The notes under the pieces were generated by a model. The model worked only from the letters and a program-made list of their open reading frames with translations. It made no database searches and had not been told where the DNA came from. Source: Acidobacteriota bacterium (GTDB lineage Bacteria; Acidobacteriota; UBA6911; RPQK01; JADFOI01). Taken from it: 64,000 nucleotides of DNA. The DNA lies in NCBI GenBank assembly GCA_963663035.1, contig OY760074.1:288001-352000 (forward strand), read 5' to 3'. This document shows positions 20,620 to 30,075 of this stretch, piece by piece. Made by a program: the position numbers and the translations under genes. Numbering within the stretch: position 1 is the stretch's first letter; the number at the start of each line of letters is the position of its first letter.

Positions 20620-21888
20620 CTAGCCGCTGTAAAAGACGCGCCAGATTTTTTTCCCGCCATCATCGGAGATCAGAAGCGAGCCGTCGGGCAGTTGAAGAAT
20701 CCCCACCGGTCGACCCCATACCTCCTTTTCCTCCGGATCTGTCATCCAGCCGTGGAGAAACTCGCGTGGCCCCGAAGTGGGTCTTCCCTCCTGAAAAGGC
20801 ACAAAATCAACCCGGTACCCGACGCGTTTGGAACGGTTCCAGGATCCGTGGCAAGCCAGGAATGCCCCGCCCCGGTATTCTTCCGGAAAGGAGGACGCTG
20901 TGTAGAATTCCAGGTCCAGCATTCCGCAGTGGGCATCCAGGAGGACATCCGGGTAGCGCGTAATTTCGACGAGATCAGGTCGTTCACCCTCTCGTCGCGG
21001 GTCTTCATGGGGTCCGATATAGCTGTAGGGCCATCCAAAAAAGTCGCCTATCGCAACAGAGGTGAAATAATCGGGAACCAGGTCATCTCCCAGAGCGTCG
21101 CGCTCTTGAACGCCGACCCAGAGCTGTTGGGTGCCGGGGTAGAAGTCCAGGCCGATCACATTGCGCAGTCCTTCCGCATAAAGCTCATGTCCCGTGCCGT
21201 CGGGATTATAGACATTTATCGCTGCCCGACGGGGATCTTCACCGGCATTCACGTTGGATGCCGATCCAATGCTGACGAACATTTTCGTGCCGTCCTGATT
21301 AAACAGGATGGTCCTGGTCCAGTGACCTCTCTCAAAGTCGGGCCATGAGACAACGGTTTCTCCCTCCCCGGAAGCCGTCATGGTGGAAGGATCGTATTTC
21401 CAACGCTTCACTTCGAGAGTGCCAGCGACATACACGTAATCGCTCCAAAAGGCGATGCCAAAGGGACGGTACATATCTTCGATGAGGGTGTGTCGCTGGT
21501 CCGCTACCCCGTCATTGTCTGTATCCTGCAGGACATAGACAGCTCCCTCATCCTGAGAATCGGAGACCACGACTTCATTGCTGGGTCCCAGCTGTAGAAA
21601 TCTGGGGCGCTCGAAGATGAAATCAGGGGTGTACTCATGGACTTGAAATCCCTCCGGGACATGAAGTTGGGCTCCATCAGGACGCTCAATCACCGTGGAC
21701 CTGTTGCGGGAACTCTCTGTGGCGTAGGGTTCCGGCAGCGGCCTGTCATTTACCGGCCTAATGGAAGAGGTATCGAGGGCTGAACTTTGCGGCACAGTGG
21801 TGTCGACAGCCGCCTGATTGCAGCTGTTCAGGCAGGCCAGCAGAGGAACGCCCAGTAGAAGCAAAGTTCTTGAAGTCATGAACACCAC
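20620..21888 (-). CDS. Sorbosone dehydrogenase/PQQ-dependent sugar dehydrogenase-like lipoprotein
   Basis: Lipoprotein-type leader; HWTRTI, GLRNVIGL, ERDALGDDLVPDY, GWPY, HGSWNR, GRPVG, SDDGG. Confidence 0.88.
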   Translation of the reverse strand: MVFMTSRTLLLLGVPLLACLNSCNQAAVDTTVPQSSALDTSSIRPVNDRPLPEPYATESSRNRSTVIERPDGAQLHVPEGFQVHEYTPDFIFERPRFLQLGPSNEVVVSDSQDEGAVYVLQDTDNDGVADQRHTLIEDMYRPFGIAFWSDYVYVAGTLEVKRWKYDPSTMTASGEGETVVSWPDFERGHWTRTILFNQDGTKMFVSIGSASNVNAGEDPRRAAINVYNPDGTGHELYAEGLRNVIGLDFYPGTQQLWVGVQERDALGDDLVPDYFTSVAIGDFFGWPYSYIGPHEDPRREGERPDLVEITRYPDVLLDAHCGMLDLEFYTASSFPEEYRGGAFLACHGSWNRSKRVGYRVDFVPFQEGRPTSGPREFLHGWMTDPEEKEVWGRPVGILQLPDGSLLISDDGGKKIWRVFYSG

Positions 21889-21909
21889 CCTTTCTCACGC
21901 TTTTGCGTG

Positions 21910-24075
21910 CTAGAAGTCGAGCATGTAAGTGTACTTGAGAGTCAGGGATTTATCTGCTTCTCCATCCTGGAAAGCGTCTCGCTCTTCGTTGTAAACGATG
22001 AAGATATCACTCAGTGGACGGTGAATAAAATTGAAGCGAAGGTTCGAGCTCACCTGGCGCCGTTCACTGTTGTATTGGACAAAAGCGCTCAGAAACATCT
22101 GGGTGTTAAAGGAATAGTCCAGGCGCGTATTGACCAGTCGAGTGGTCACGTCGCCCTGGCTCAACTTCAGGTCGTCCCACTGAAATCTGCCCGATATAGT
22201 GAATTTGTAATGGGGTCTGTAGGAGAGGTTGATCTGCACGCCCTTGCGGGTCCCGCTCCAGAAGTCACCTGTCTGATATCGCACACTCCCGGACAGGGGA
22301 GCACTGGGATCGGAGCGATATTGGATGGAACTATCGTTGAAATGGTAATCTCCAGGATCAAGGTCTAACCCACCAATGCTGAACGGCGACTCTTCCCTCT
22401 CGAACCTGAGTGTCCGATCGAGCTGGAAGCTTCCTCCATCCTCAAAGCCGATCTGAAAGTTCAGATCAACGATCCGGGTCTCCAGGCGGCCCTCCTGGTC
22501 CTCGATGTATTGGATTCGGGTGTTGGGGTTAAACTCTCTGATCCAGGAAATGCTTTCTGGACGTGGAGTCCAGGCAAAGGAGCTATCGCTTTTTCGCATG
22601 TCCCGGCGGGGTACAAATCCCACCTCGGGATTGAAGTTCTCTTCAATATCCAGGTAGGCGGTGCGTGCTTGCCAAAGGTTGGTTCTCCACTCGACCCAGA
22701 CCCGGCTGGCCATGTCCTCGGTCTCCAGCCCCGGCGTTCTGGTGGCTGCCACAAAACCGCTCAGTCGAAATTGGTTCCAGAAATGGAAATTGGCATCCAC
22801 CCCGAAGGTACGATTGAAGTCCCCGGACTGATCCGCTTGCCGGTTAATGAACAAGGCTCCCAGCTCCGACTGACTCAGGATGTTCCTTTTGATACTCACC
22901 ACGGAGAAATTGTTGGCGGGATCGGAACCAAACTCCCGGGTCTGTATATTCAACAAGCCCAGGCTGGTTTTACCCACCCGGCCACTCAGGCGGGCTCCTG
23001 CCAGGATGGGCACCGGCTGTCTGTCAGAGGAAAGACCGATACGGCGGCTGAAGAAGGCAATGAAGTCGCGCGCACCCGGGCTGCGCCGGTCAACCTGACC
23101 AAAGAGAAAAAGACCGGAGTTCTCCAGGAAAAAATCGCGTTTTTCGGGGAAAAACAAGCTAAAACGAGTCAGGTTGATTTGCTGCTCATCGACTTCCACC
23201 TGCGAGAAGTCGGTGTTGACCGTGCCATCCAGGGTGAGACCAGAGGTGAGGCCGTATTTGAGATCCAGCCCGGCATCGCCCAGGGTGTCAAAATCATCTC
23301 CACTAAACTTACGGAACTCTGAACTCAGGTAGGGCTTTACTTTGAAGTTCCGGCCGGGCTCAACATTCTCAATGCCTTTCAAAGATCCGGCGAATGACAT
23401 ATTGAAACCGGAAAGACGACGAGGCATCGGACCCCAAAAGCTCTGCTCGTTCTTCCGCCGAATGCGCCTTTGCAGGTTGAGACCCCAGGTCTGTACCTTC
23501 GACTTTGGAAATCTTAACGACTTGAAAGGGATTCTGACCTCTGCAAACCATCCTTCATCTGAGATGGTTGTCTTGGCGTCCCACACACCTTCCCAGGAGA
23601 TGTCCTGGTCCCTTCCCTCATTGAAGGACTGCAGTTCCCTTTTGGCTCCGGCTGGGTTGATGTAAAAAGTGAAGGAGTTACGGTCATCATCAAAGGTGTC
23701 CAGGAAAAAAGAAACCGCATCAGTACTGTTCGGAGCAAAATCCTGCCTGAGGCTATTGATGATGAGTTTATCCACTTCTGACTCGTAAGCGGACAGTCCG
23801 AAATAAAGGGCTTCGTCATCATAGACGATCCGCACTTCCGTTTTTTCCGAGGCAGGCTCTCCTGAAACGGGTTCCCGCTGGATAAAATCGGTGGCGGGCT
23901 CGACTTCCGCCCAGATGGGCTCGTCCAGAACCCCGTCCAGCTGGATGGGCAAGTCCGTATGGTGGGCAAATACCTCCCTTTCCCGGAGCTCTTCCACAGA
24001 ACTCGCCTGTTGAGGAGCCTGTGCTGTCACCGGAAGGCACCCGAGAAGGAAAATCGCCAGGGTCAGTCTTTTCAC
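21910..24075 (-). CDS. CBM9-like + DUF5916-like outer-membrane beta-barrel protein, paralog 1 (intact)
   Basis: Signal peptide, IQLDGVLDEPIW, GWFAEVRIPFKSLRF, NTDFSQVEVD, RFSLFFPEKRDFFLEN, FFSRRIGL, terminal Phe (YTYMLDF). Confidence 0.85.
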   Translation of the reverse strand: MKRLTLAIFLLGCLPVTAQAPQQASSVEELREREVFAHHTDLPIQLDGVLDEPIWAEVEPATDFIQREPVSGEPASEKTEVRIVYDDEALYFGLSAYESEVDKLIINSLRQDFAPNSTDAVSFFLDTFDDDRNSFTFYINPAGAKRELQSFNEGRDQDISWEGVWDAKTTISDEGWFAEVRIPFKSLRFPKSKVQTWGLNLQRRIRRKNEQSFWGPMPRRLSGFNMSFAGSLKGIENVEPGRNFKVKPYLSSEFRKFSGDDFDTLGDAGLDLKYGLTSGLTLDGTVNTDFSQVEVDEQQINLTRFSLFFPEKRDFFLENSGLFLFGQVDRRSPGARDFIAFFSRRIGLSSDRQPVPILAGARLSGRVGKTSLGLLNIQTREFGSDPANNFSVVSIKRNILSQSELGALFINRQADQSGDFNRTFGVDANFHFWNQFRLSGFVAATRTPGLETEDMASRVWVEWRTNLWQARTAYLDIEENFNPEVGFVPRRDMRKSDSSFAWTPRPESISWIREFNPNTRIQYIEDQEGRLETRIVDLNFQIGFEDGGSFQLDRTLRFEREESPFSIGGLDLDPGDYHFNDSSIQYRSDPSAPLSGSVRYQTGDFWSGTRKGVQINLSYRPHYKFTISGRFQWDDLKLSQGDVTTRLVNTRLDYSFNTQMFLSAFVQYNSERRQVSSNLRFNFIHRPLSDIFIVYNEERDAFQDGEADKSLTLKYTYMLDF

Positions 24076-24109
24076 GACACTGTAGCAGAAGCTTTATGCA
24101 TAGGGCGGG

Positions 24110-26301
24110 CTAAAAATCGAGCATGTAAGTGTACTTGAGAGTCAGGGATTTATCTGCTTCTCCATCCTGGAAAGCGTCTCGCTCTTCGTTGTAAACGATG
24201 AAGATATCACTCAGTGGACGGTGAATAAAATTGAAGCGAAGGTTCGAGCTCACCTGGCGCCGTTCACTGTTGTATTGGACAAAAGCGCTCAGAAACATTT
24301 GGGTGTTAAAGGAATAGTCCAGGCGCGTACTGACCAAGCGAGTGGTCACGTCGCCCTGGCTCAAGTTCAGGTCGTCCCATTGGAATCTGCCCGTTATATT
24401 GAACTTGTAATGGGGTATGTAGGTGAGGTTGATCTGCACGCCCTTGCGGGTGCCACTCCAGAAGTCACCTGTTTGATATCGCACACTTCCCGACAGGGTA
24501 GAACTGGGATTGGAGCGATATTGGATGGACCAATCGTTGAAATGGTAATCTCCAGGATCAAGGTCTAATCCACCAATTTCGAACGGCGTATCCTCTCTCT
24601 CGAACCTGAGGACACGACCCAGCTGGAAGACTCCTCCATCCTGAAAGTTGGTCTGAAAGGTCAAATTAACGAGTCGGGTCTCCAGGCGGCCTTCCTGGTC
24701 CTCGATGTACTGTATGCGGGCGTTGGGGTTCAACTGCCTGATCCAGGAAATGCTTCTGGGACGTGGAGTGAAGGCAAACGAGGTATCACTTTTTCGCATG
24801 TCGCGGCGGGGTACAAATCCCATCTCGGCGTTGAAGTTCTCTTCAATATCCAGGTAGCCGCTGCGTGCCTGCCAAAGATCGTTTCTCCACTCGACCCAGA
24901 ATCTGCTGGCCATGTCCTCGGTCTCCAGCCCGGGTGTTCTGGTGGCTGCCACAAAACCGCTCAGGCGGAGCTGGTTCCAGAAGTGGAAATTGGCATCCAC
25001 GCCGAAGGTGCGATTGAAGTCCCGGGACTGATCCGACTGCCGGTTCGCGAACATGACCCCCAGCTCCGACTGACTCAGAATGTTCCGTTTGATAGTCACC
25101 ACGGAGAAATTGTTGGCGGGATCGGACTGGAATTCCCGGGTCTGCATATTCATCAAGCCCAGGCTGGTTTTCCCCACCCGGCCACTCAGGCGGGCACCTC
25201 CCAGGATGGGTACTGGCTGGCCCGAGGAAAGACCGATACGGCGGCTGAAGAAGGGGATGAAGTCGCGCGAACCCGGGGCGCGCCGGTCAATCTGACCAAG
25301 AAGAAAAATACCGGAGTTCTCCAGGAAAAAGTCGCGTTTCTCGGGGAAAAACAAGCTAAAACGGGTCAGATTAATTTGCTGCTGATCGACCTCCACCTGC
25401 GAGAAGTCTGTGTTGAGGGTGGCATCCAGGGTGAGATTGGAGGTGAGGCCGTACTTGAGATCCAGCCCGACATCGCTCAGGGTGTCAAAATCATCTCCGG
25501 TAAATTTTCGGAACTCTGTACTCAGGTAGGGCTTAACCTTGAAGTTCCGTCCGGGTTCAACATCCTCAATCCCTCTTAAGGTTCCAGCGTAAGACATATA
25601 CCACACGGTAAAACGGCGAGGATGCGGACCCCAAAAGCTCTGCTCGTTTTTCCGTCGAATGCGCCTTTGCAGGTTGAGGCCCCAGGTTTGCACCTTCGAT
25701 CTTGGAAATCTCAACGATTTGAAAGGGATTCTGACCTCTGCAAACCATCCTTCTTCTGTGATGGTCGTCTCGACGTCCCACACAACTTCCCAGGCGGGGT
25801 TCTCATCCCTTCCTTCATCGAAGACCTGCGTTTCCTTTTGGCTCCGACTGGGTTGATGTAAAACCCGAACGAGTTGCGGTCATCATTGAAGGTGTCTATG
25901 TAAAAGGAGACCCCATCGTCATTGCGTATAGGAAAATCCTGCTTGAGGCTATTGATGATAAGTTTTCCCGGCTCGGGGTCGAAAGCCCACACCCCAAAAT
26001 AGAGGGCTTCGTCATCATAGATGATCCGCATCTCCGTTTTTTCCGTGGCAGGCGCTCCTGCAACAGGCTCCCGCTGGATAAAATCGGTGGCGGGCTCAAC
26101 TTCCGCCCAGATCGGCTCGTCCAGGATGCCGTCCAGAGTGATGGGCATGTCCGTATGGCGGGCAGATATCTCCCGGTCCCAGGGCTCTTCCACAGAACGC
26201 ACCTCTTGAAGACCCAGTGCTGTTACCGGCAGGCACCCCAGAAGGATAAAGGTCAGGGACCATTTGTTCACGACACCTCCGGTTCTTCGTTTTACTGTCA
26301 T
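24110..26301 (-). pseudogene. CBM9/DUF5916-like paralog 2, single-base frameshift near 25835
   Basis: ORFs 25711..26301 and 24110..25783 are the two halves. Coding strand GCCAAAAGGAAACGCAG is one base shorter than paralog 1 GCCAAAAGGGAACTGCAG. May be a sequencing error. Confidence 0.8.
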
Positions 26302-26372
26302 CGTCTATTGGCTGAGATTCTAATCTCAGCACCTGAAAAAGTCGAATGACAACCCGAATGGCTACAGGCTAG

Positions 26373-26521
26373 AGTCGGGATTATCCATAGGTTCTCGTCA
26401 CGAAGCGGCGAAAACGCCGGTCTGACAAGGCGCGCTAGGGGTACCCGCTTGCGGGTCGCGGAACGCTGGCAGGGCGGATGGTTTCGTCGCTGCAGTAGAG
26501 AACTTATGGATTATCCCGACT
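26373..26521. repeat. MITE/REP-like element, copy M4 (minimal form)
   Basis: TIRs AGTCGGGATTATCCATA / TATGGATTATCCCGACT; core collinear with M1 but lacking the REP hairpin. Confidence 0.8.
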
Positions 26522-27824
26522 AAAGTCCCAGGATTCCCTGCTGGCCGTGGTAGAAGAGTCCGGCCAGGGCCCCTGTCATCAAGGTGGCTAGGGTGGAGCC
26601 TGCCAGCGCTGGAAGGGCCAGGGCAGCCAGATCAGTTCTGCGAGAGGGGACCAAGGCGGAGATGCCTCCCACAAAGATCCCCATCGAGGCCAGGTGGGAA
26701 AAGCCGCACAGGGCGTAGGAGAGGACCAGCAGAGTCCTGGGTGAGACCGCCTGAGCGGAGGCCATCTCTCCCAGCTGCTGGTAGGACACGACCTCGGTCA
26801 GGATGATTCGTTGACCCAGGAGCTGGGAAGCCTGCTGGAGGTCGGCCCCGGACAGGCCCAGCAGCCAGGCCAGCGGCGTAAACAGCCAGCCCAAAATCAA
26901 TTCAACAGTGAGGGGCTCTCCCAGCCAACCGGCAAGTGGCGAGGCCAGATTGGCCAAGACCAGATTCATCACACCCACCAGCCCCAGAACCGTAATCAGA
27001 AGGGTGGCAATGCCAGCGGCCAACTTCAGACCATCCCAGGAACCCGCACTCAGTGCGGCCATGGTGTTGCCGGTGCGCTTGGACTCGGCCATGGCGGGAA
27101 GGGAACCCAGAGTTTCCGGCTGGCCCGTCTCCGGAAGGATCAGCTTGGAGACCAGGACGGCCGCTGGAATCGACATGACCGAGGCCGAGATGAGATGTCC
27201 GGCAATCTGGGGAAAGGCGTCGCTGAGGAAGAAGACGTACAGGGCAAGCGTGGTCGAAGCTACCGTAGACATGCCACAGGTGAGGAGCAGGAGAAGCTCC
27301 GAACGAGTCATGCCGGCCAGATAGGGCAGAATGGTGGTGGCGGATTCGATGCCCACGAAAATGTTGGCCGATCCGGCCAACGCCTCCGCTCCTGACAACC
27401 TCAGCGTGTTCTTGAAGAAACGCCCGAACAGGCGAATCACCGGTTGGATCAGTCCCAGGTGGTAGCAGGCTGCCATCAGTGCAGCGAAGAAGATGACCGC
27501 CGGCAGGACCTGAGCTGCCAGTATGAATCCCACCGAAGGTTCTCCGGCTGCGGTGCTCTCACCCGGGTTCAGGGCCAGCGGCCCGAAAATGAACTCAGCC
27601 CCCTCACGAGCCGCTCCCAGCAAGGCCACCACCAGGTTGTTCAGACTCAACAGAACCAAGCGGGTGGGCGGCAGCAGAAAGACGACAGTGCCCAGAGCCA
27701 GCATCAACAGGCCCGAGCCCATCACGGTCCGCCAGGCCACCGGCCGCCGGAGCCCGCCCACAGCCCAAGCCAGGCCGCCCAGCACAAACAGCCCCAAAAG
27801 AGAGATCAGGTTTAAGGAGGTCAT
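26520..27824 (-). CDS. nupC: Concentrative nucleoside transporter (CNT/NupC family)
   Basis: QVLPAVIFFAAL, ANIFVGIES, MTRSEL, HLISASVMSIPAA, YALCGFSHLAS. Confidence 0.9.
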   Translation of the reverse strand: MTSLNLISLLGLFVLGGLAWAVGGLRRPVAWRTVMGSGLLMLALGTVVFLLPPTRLVLLSLNNLVVALLGAAREGAEFIFGPLALNPGESTAAGEPSVGFILAAQVLPAVIFFAALMAACYHLGLIQPVIRLFGRFFKNTLRLSGAEALAGSANIFVGIESATTILPYLAGMTRSELLLLLTCGMSTVASTTLALYVFFLSDAFPQIAGHLISASVMSIPAAVLVSKLILPETGQPETLGSLPAMAESKRTGNTMAALSAGSWDGLKLAAGIATLLITVLGLVGVMNLVLANLASPLAGWLGEPLTVELILGWLFTPLAWLLGLSGADLQQASQLLGQRIILTEVVSYQQLGEMASAQAVSPRTLLVLSYALCGFSHLASMGIFVGGISALVPSRRTDLAALALPALAGSTLATLMTGALAGLFYHGQQGILGL

Positions 27825-27844
27825 GACCGCCGGAATAGGACCGA

Positions 27845-30040
27845 TTAAAAGTCAAACATGTGGGTGTATTTGAGAGTCAAGGATTTATCCGCTTCACCTT
27901 CCTGGAAACTGTCTCGCTGCTCGTTGTAAACAATGAAGATATCACTCAAGGGACGGTGAATCAGGTTGAAGCGGAGGTTTGAGCTGACTTGACGCCGCTC
28001 ACTGTTATATTGGATGAAGGCACTCAAAAACATCTGGGTGTTAAAGGAGTAGTCTATACGCGTCGTGACCAATCGAGTGGTCGTGTTCCCCGGGCCGAGC
28101 TTCAGTTCGTCCCACCGAAATCCGCCTGTGGCAGTGAATTTGTAATGAGGTTTCAGGGTGAGGTTGAACTGCCAACCTTGGCGTGTTCCATCCCAGAAGT
28201 CACCCGTCTGGTATCGAACACGTCCTGAGAAGCGAGCACTGGGATTGGAGCTAAATTGGGTGAACCAGCTGTTGAAATGGTAGTCTCCAGGATCAAGGTC
28301 TAACCCACCAATGGAGAACTGCTCATCCTCCCTTTCAAACCTGAGGGTCCGACCCACCTGGAAAGCTCCTCCGTCATCCAACTCGGTCTGAAAGGTCATA
28401 TCAATGATTCGGGTTACCAGGCGGTCCTCCTGATCCTTGATGTACTGCACCCGGGCGTTGGGGAAAAATTCCCGAACCCAGGAAATGCTTCTGGGACGTG
28501 GAGTCAAGCCAAAAGAGGTATCACTCTTTTGCATGTCGCGGCGGGGTACAAAGCCTACTTCAGCCCTGAAATTCTCTTCTATATCCAGTAATCCGGTGCG
28601 CGCTTGCCAGAGATCGGTTTTCCACTCGACCCAGATCCGGCTTGCCATCTCCCCGGTGTCCAACCCCGGCGAACGGGTGGCCGCCAGGAAGGTACTGATG
28701 AGCAACTTGTCCCAGAAGTGGAGGTTGGCATCCACACCGAAAGTGCGATTGAAATCCCCCGACTGGTCCGCTTGTCGGTTAATGAACAAGGCCCCGATCT
28801 GCGACTGAGCCAGGATGTTTCTCTTGACACTCACCACGGTGAAGTTGTTGGCGGGATCGGAACTAAACTCCCGGGTCTGCATATTCAAGACGCCCAGGCT
28901 GTACTCCCCGGCACGGCCACTCAGGCGAGCACCTGCCACAATGGGCACTGGCCGGCTGTCAGAGGAAAGACCGATACGGCGGCTGAAAAAAGCAAGGAAG
29001 TCGCGCGCACCCGGGGCGCGCCGGTCAATCTGACCAAAGGCAAAAAGACCGGAGTTCTCCAGAAAAAAGTCGCGTTTCTCCGGGAAAAACAAACTGAAAC
29101 GCGTCAGGTTAATTTGCTGCTGATCAACCTCAACCTGCGAGAAGTCGGTGTTGACCGTGGCATCCAGCGTGAGACCGGAGGTGACGCTGTATTTGAGATC
29201 CAGCCCAGGATCGAACAGAGTGTCAAAGTCATCTCCGGAAAACTTCCGAAACTCTGAGCTCAGGTAGGGCTTAACCTTGAAGTTCCGGCCGGGCTGGACA
29301 TCCTCAATGCCTTTCAAATCTCCGGCGTAAGAGAAAGTAAATGCGTTAGCACGACGCGGTATCGGACTCCAATAGGCTTGCTCGTTCTTCCGCCGAACGC
29401 GTCTTTGGAAGTTCAGGCCCCAGGTTTGTACCTTCGATCTTGGGAATCGTAGTGATTTGAATGGAACTCTGATCTCGGCAAACCATCCTTCTTCCGTGAT
29501 TTGGGTCTCAACGTCCCACACAGTTTCCCAGGAGATGTCATTGAACCGTCCCTCATCGAAGAACTGCGTGTCCTTTTTAGCTCCTGCCGGGTTGATGTAA
29601 AAGCCGAAGCCGTTACGGTCATCATTAAAGGTGTCTAGGTAAACAGAGGCCCCATCCTCCTGGGTATGGGCGAAATCCTGTTTGAGGGTGTTAATGACGA
29701 GATTTTCCGGTTGGCTGTCCCAAGCGGACACTCCAAAGTAAATGGCTTCCTCATCGTATAAGATCCTTATTTCAGTCGGCTCCGAAGCAGGCTCCCCTTC
29801 CATAGGTTCCCGTTGGGTAAAGTCGGTGGCGGGCTCTGCTTCCGCCCAGGCCGGCTCGTCCAGAACACCGTCCAGTGTGATGGGTTGGTTCGTATGGTGG
29901 GCAAAGACTTCCTTTTTCTGGGACTCATTCTCAGGACTCGCTTGTGGGGGATCCTGTGCCGCTGCCGGCAGGGACAGGAAAAGCACCATCACAAAAGTCC
30001 ATCTGTGCCAAAGAGACCGAACTCTCAGTTGAATGGTCAT
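27845..30040 (-). CDS. CBM9/DUF5916-like paralog 3 (intact; ORF track extends to 30076)
   Basis: Same motifs as paralog 1. Start MTIQ matches the paralog 4 start; ends YTHMFDF. Confidence 0.85.
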   Translation of the reverse strand: MTIQLRVRSLWHRWTFVMVLFLSLPAAAQDPPQASPENESQKKEVFAHHTNQPITLDGVLDEPAWAEAEPATDFTQREPMEGEPASEPTEIRILYDEEAIYFGVSAWDSQPENLVINTLKQDFAHTQEDGASVYLDTFNDDRNGFGFYINPAGAKKDTQFFDEGRFNDISWETVWDVETQITEEGWFAEIRVPFKSLRFPRSKVQTWGLNFQRRVRRKNEQAYWSPIPRRANAFTFSYAGDLKGIEDVQPGRNFKVKPYLSSEFRKFSGDDFDTLFDPGLDLKYSVTSGLTLDATVNTDFSQVEVDQQQINLTRFSLFFPEKRDFFLENSGLFAFGQIDRRAPGARDFLAFFSRRIGLSSDSRPVPIVAGARLSGRAGEYSLGVLNMQTREFSSDPANNFTVVSVKRNILAQSQIGALFINRQADQSGDFNRTFGVDANLHFWDKLLISTFLAATRSPGLDTGEMASRIWVEWKTDLWQARTGLLDIEENFRAEVGFVPRRDMQKSDTSFGLTPRPRSISWVREFFPNARVQYIKDQEDRLVTRIIDMTFQTELDDGGAFQVGRTLRFEREDEQFSIGGLDLDPGDYHFNSWFTQFSSNPSARFSGRVRYQTGDFWDGTRQGWQFNLTLKPHYKFTATGGFRWDELKLGPGNTTTRLVTTRIDYSFNTQMFLSAFIQYNSERRQVSSNLRFNLIHRPLSDIFIVYNEQRDSFQEGEADKSLTLKYTHMFDF

Positions 30041-30075
30041 AAGCTTCCTAGTGGAATGGCCATCTACAGGACGCA

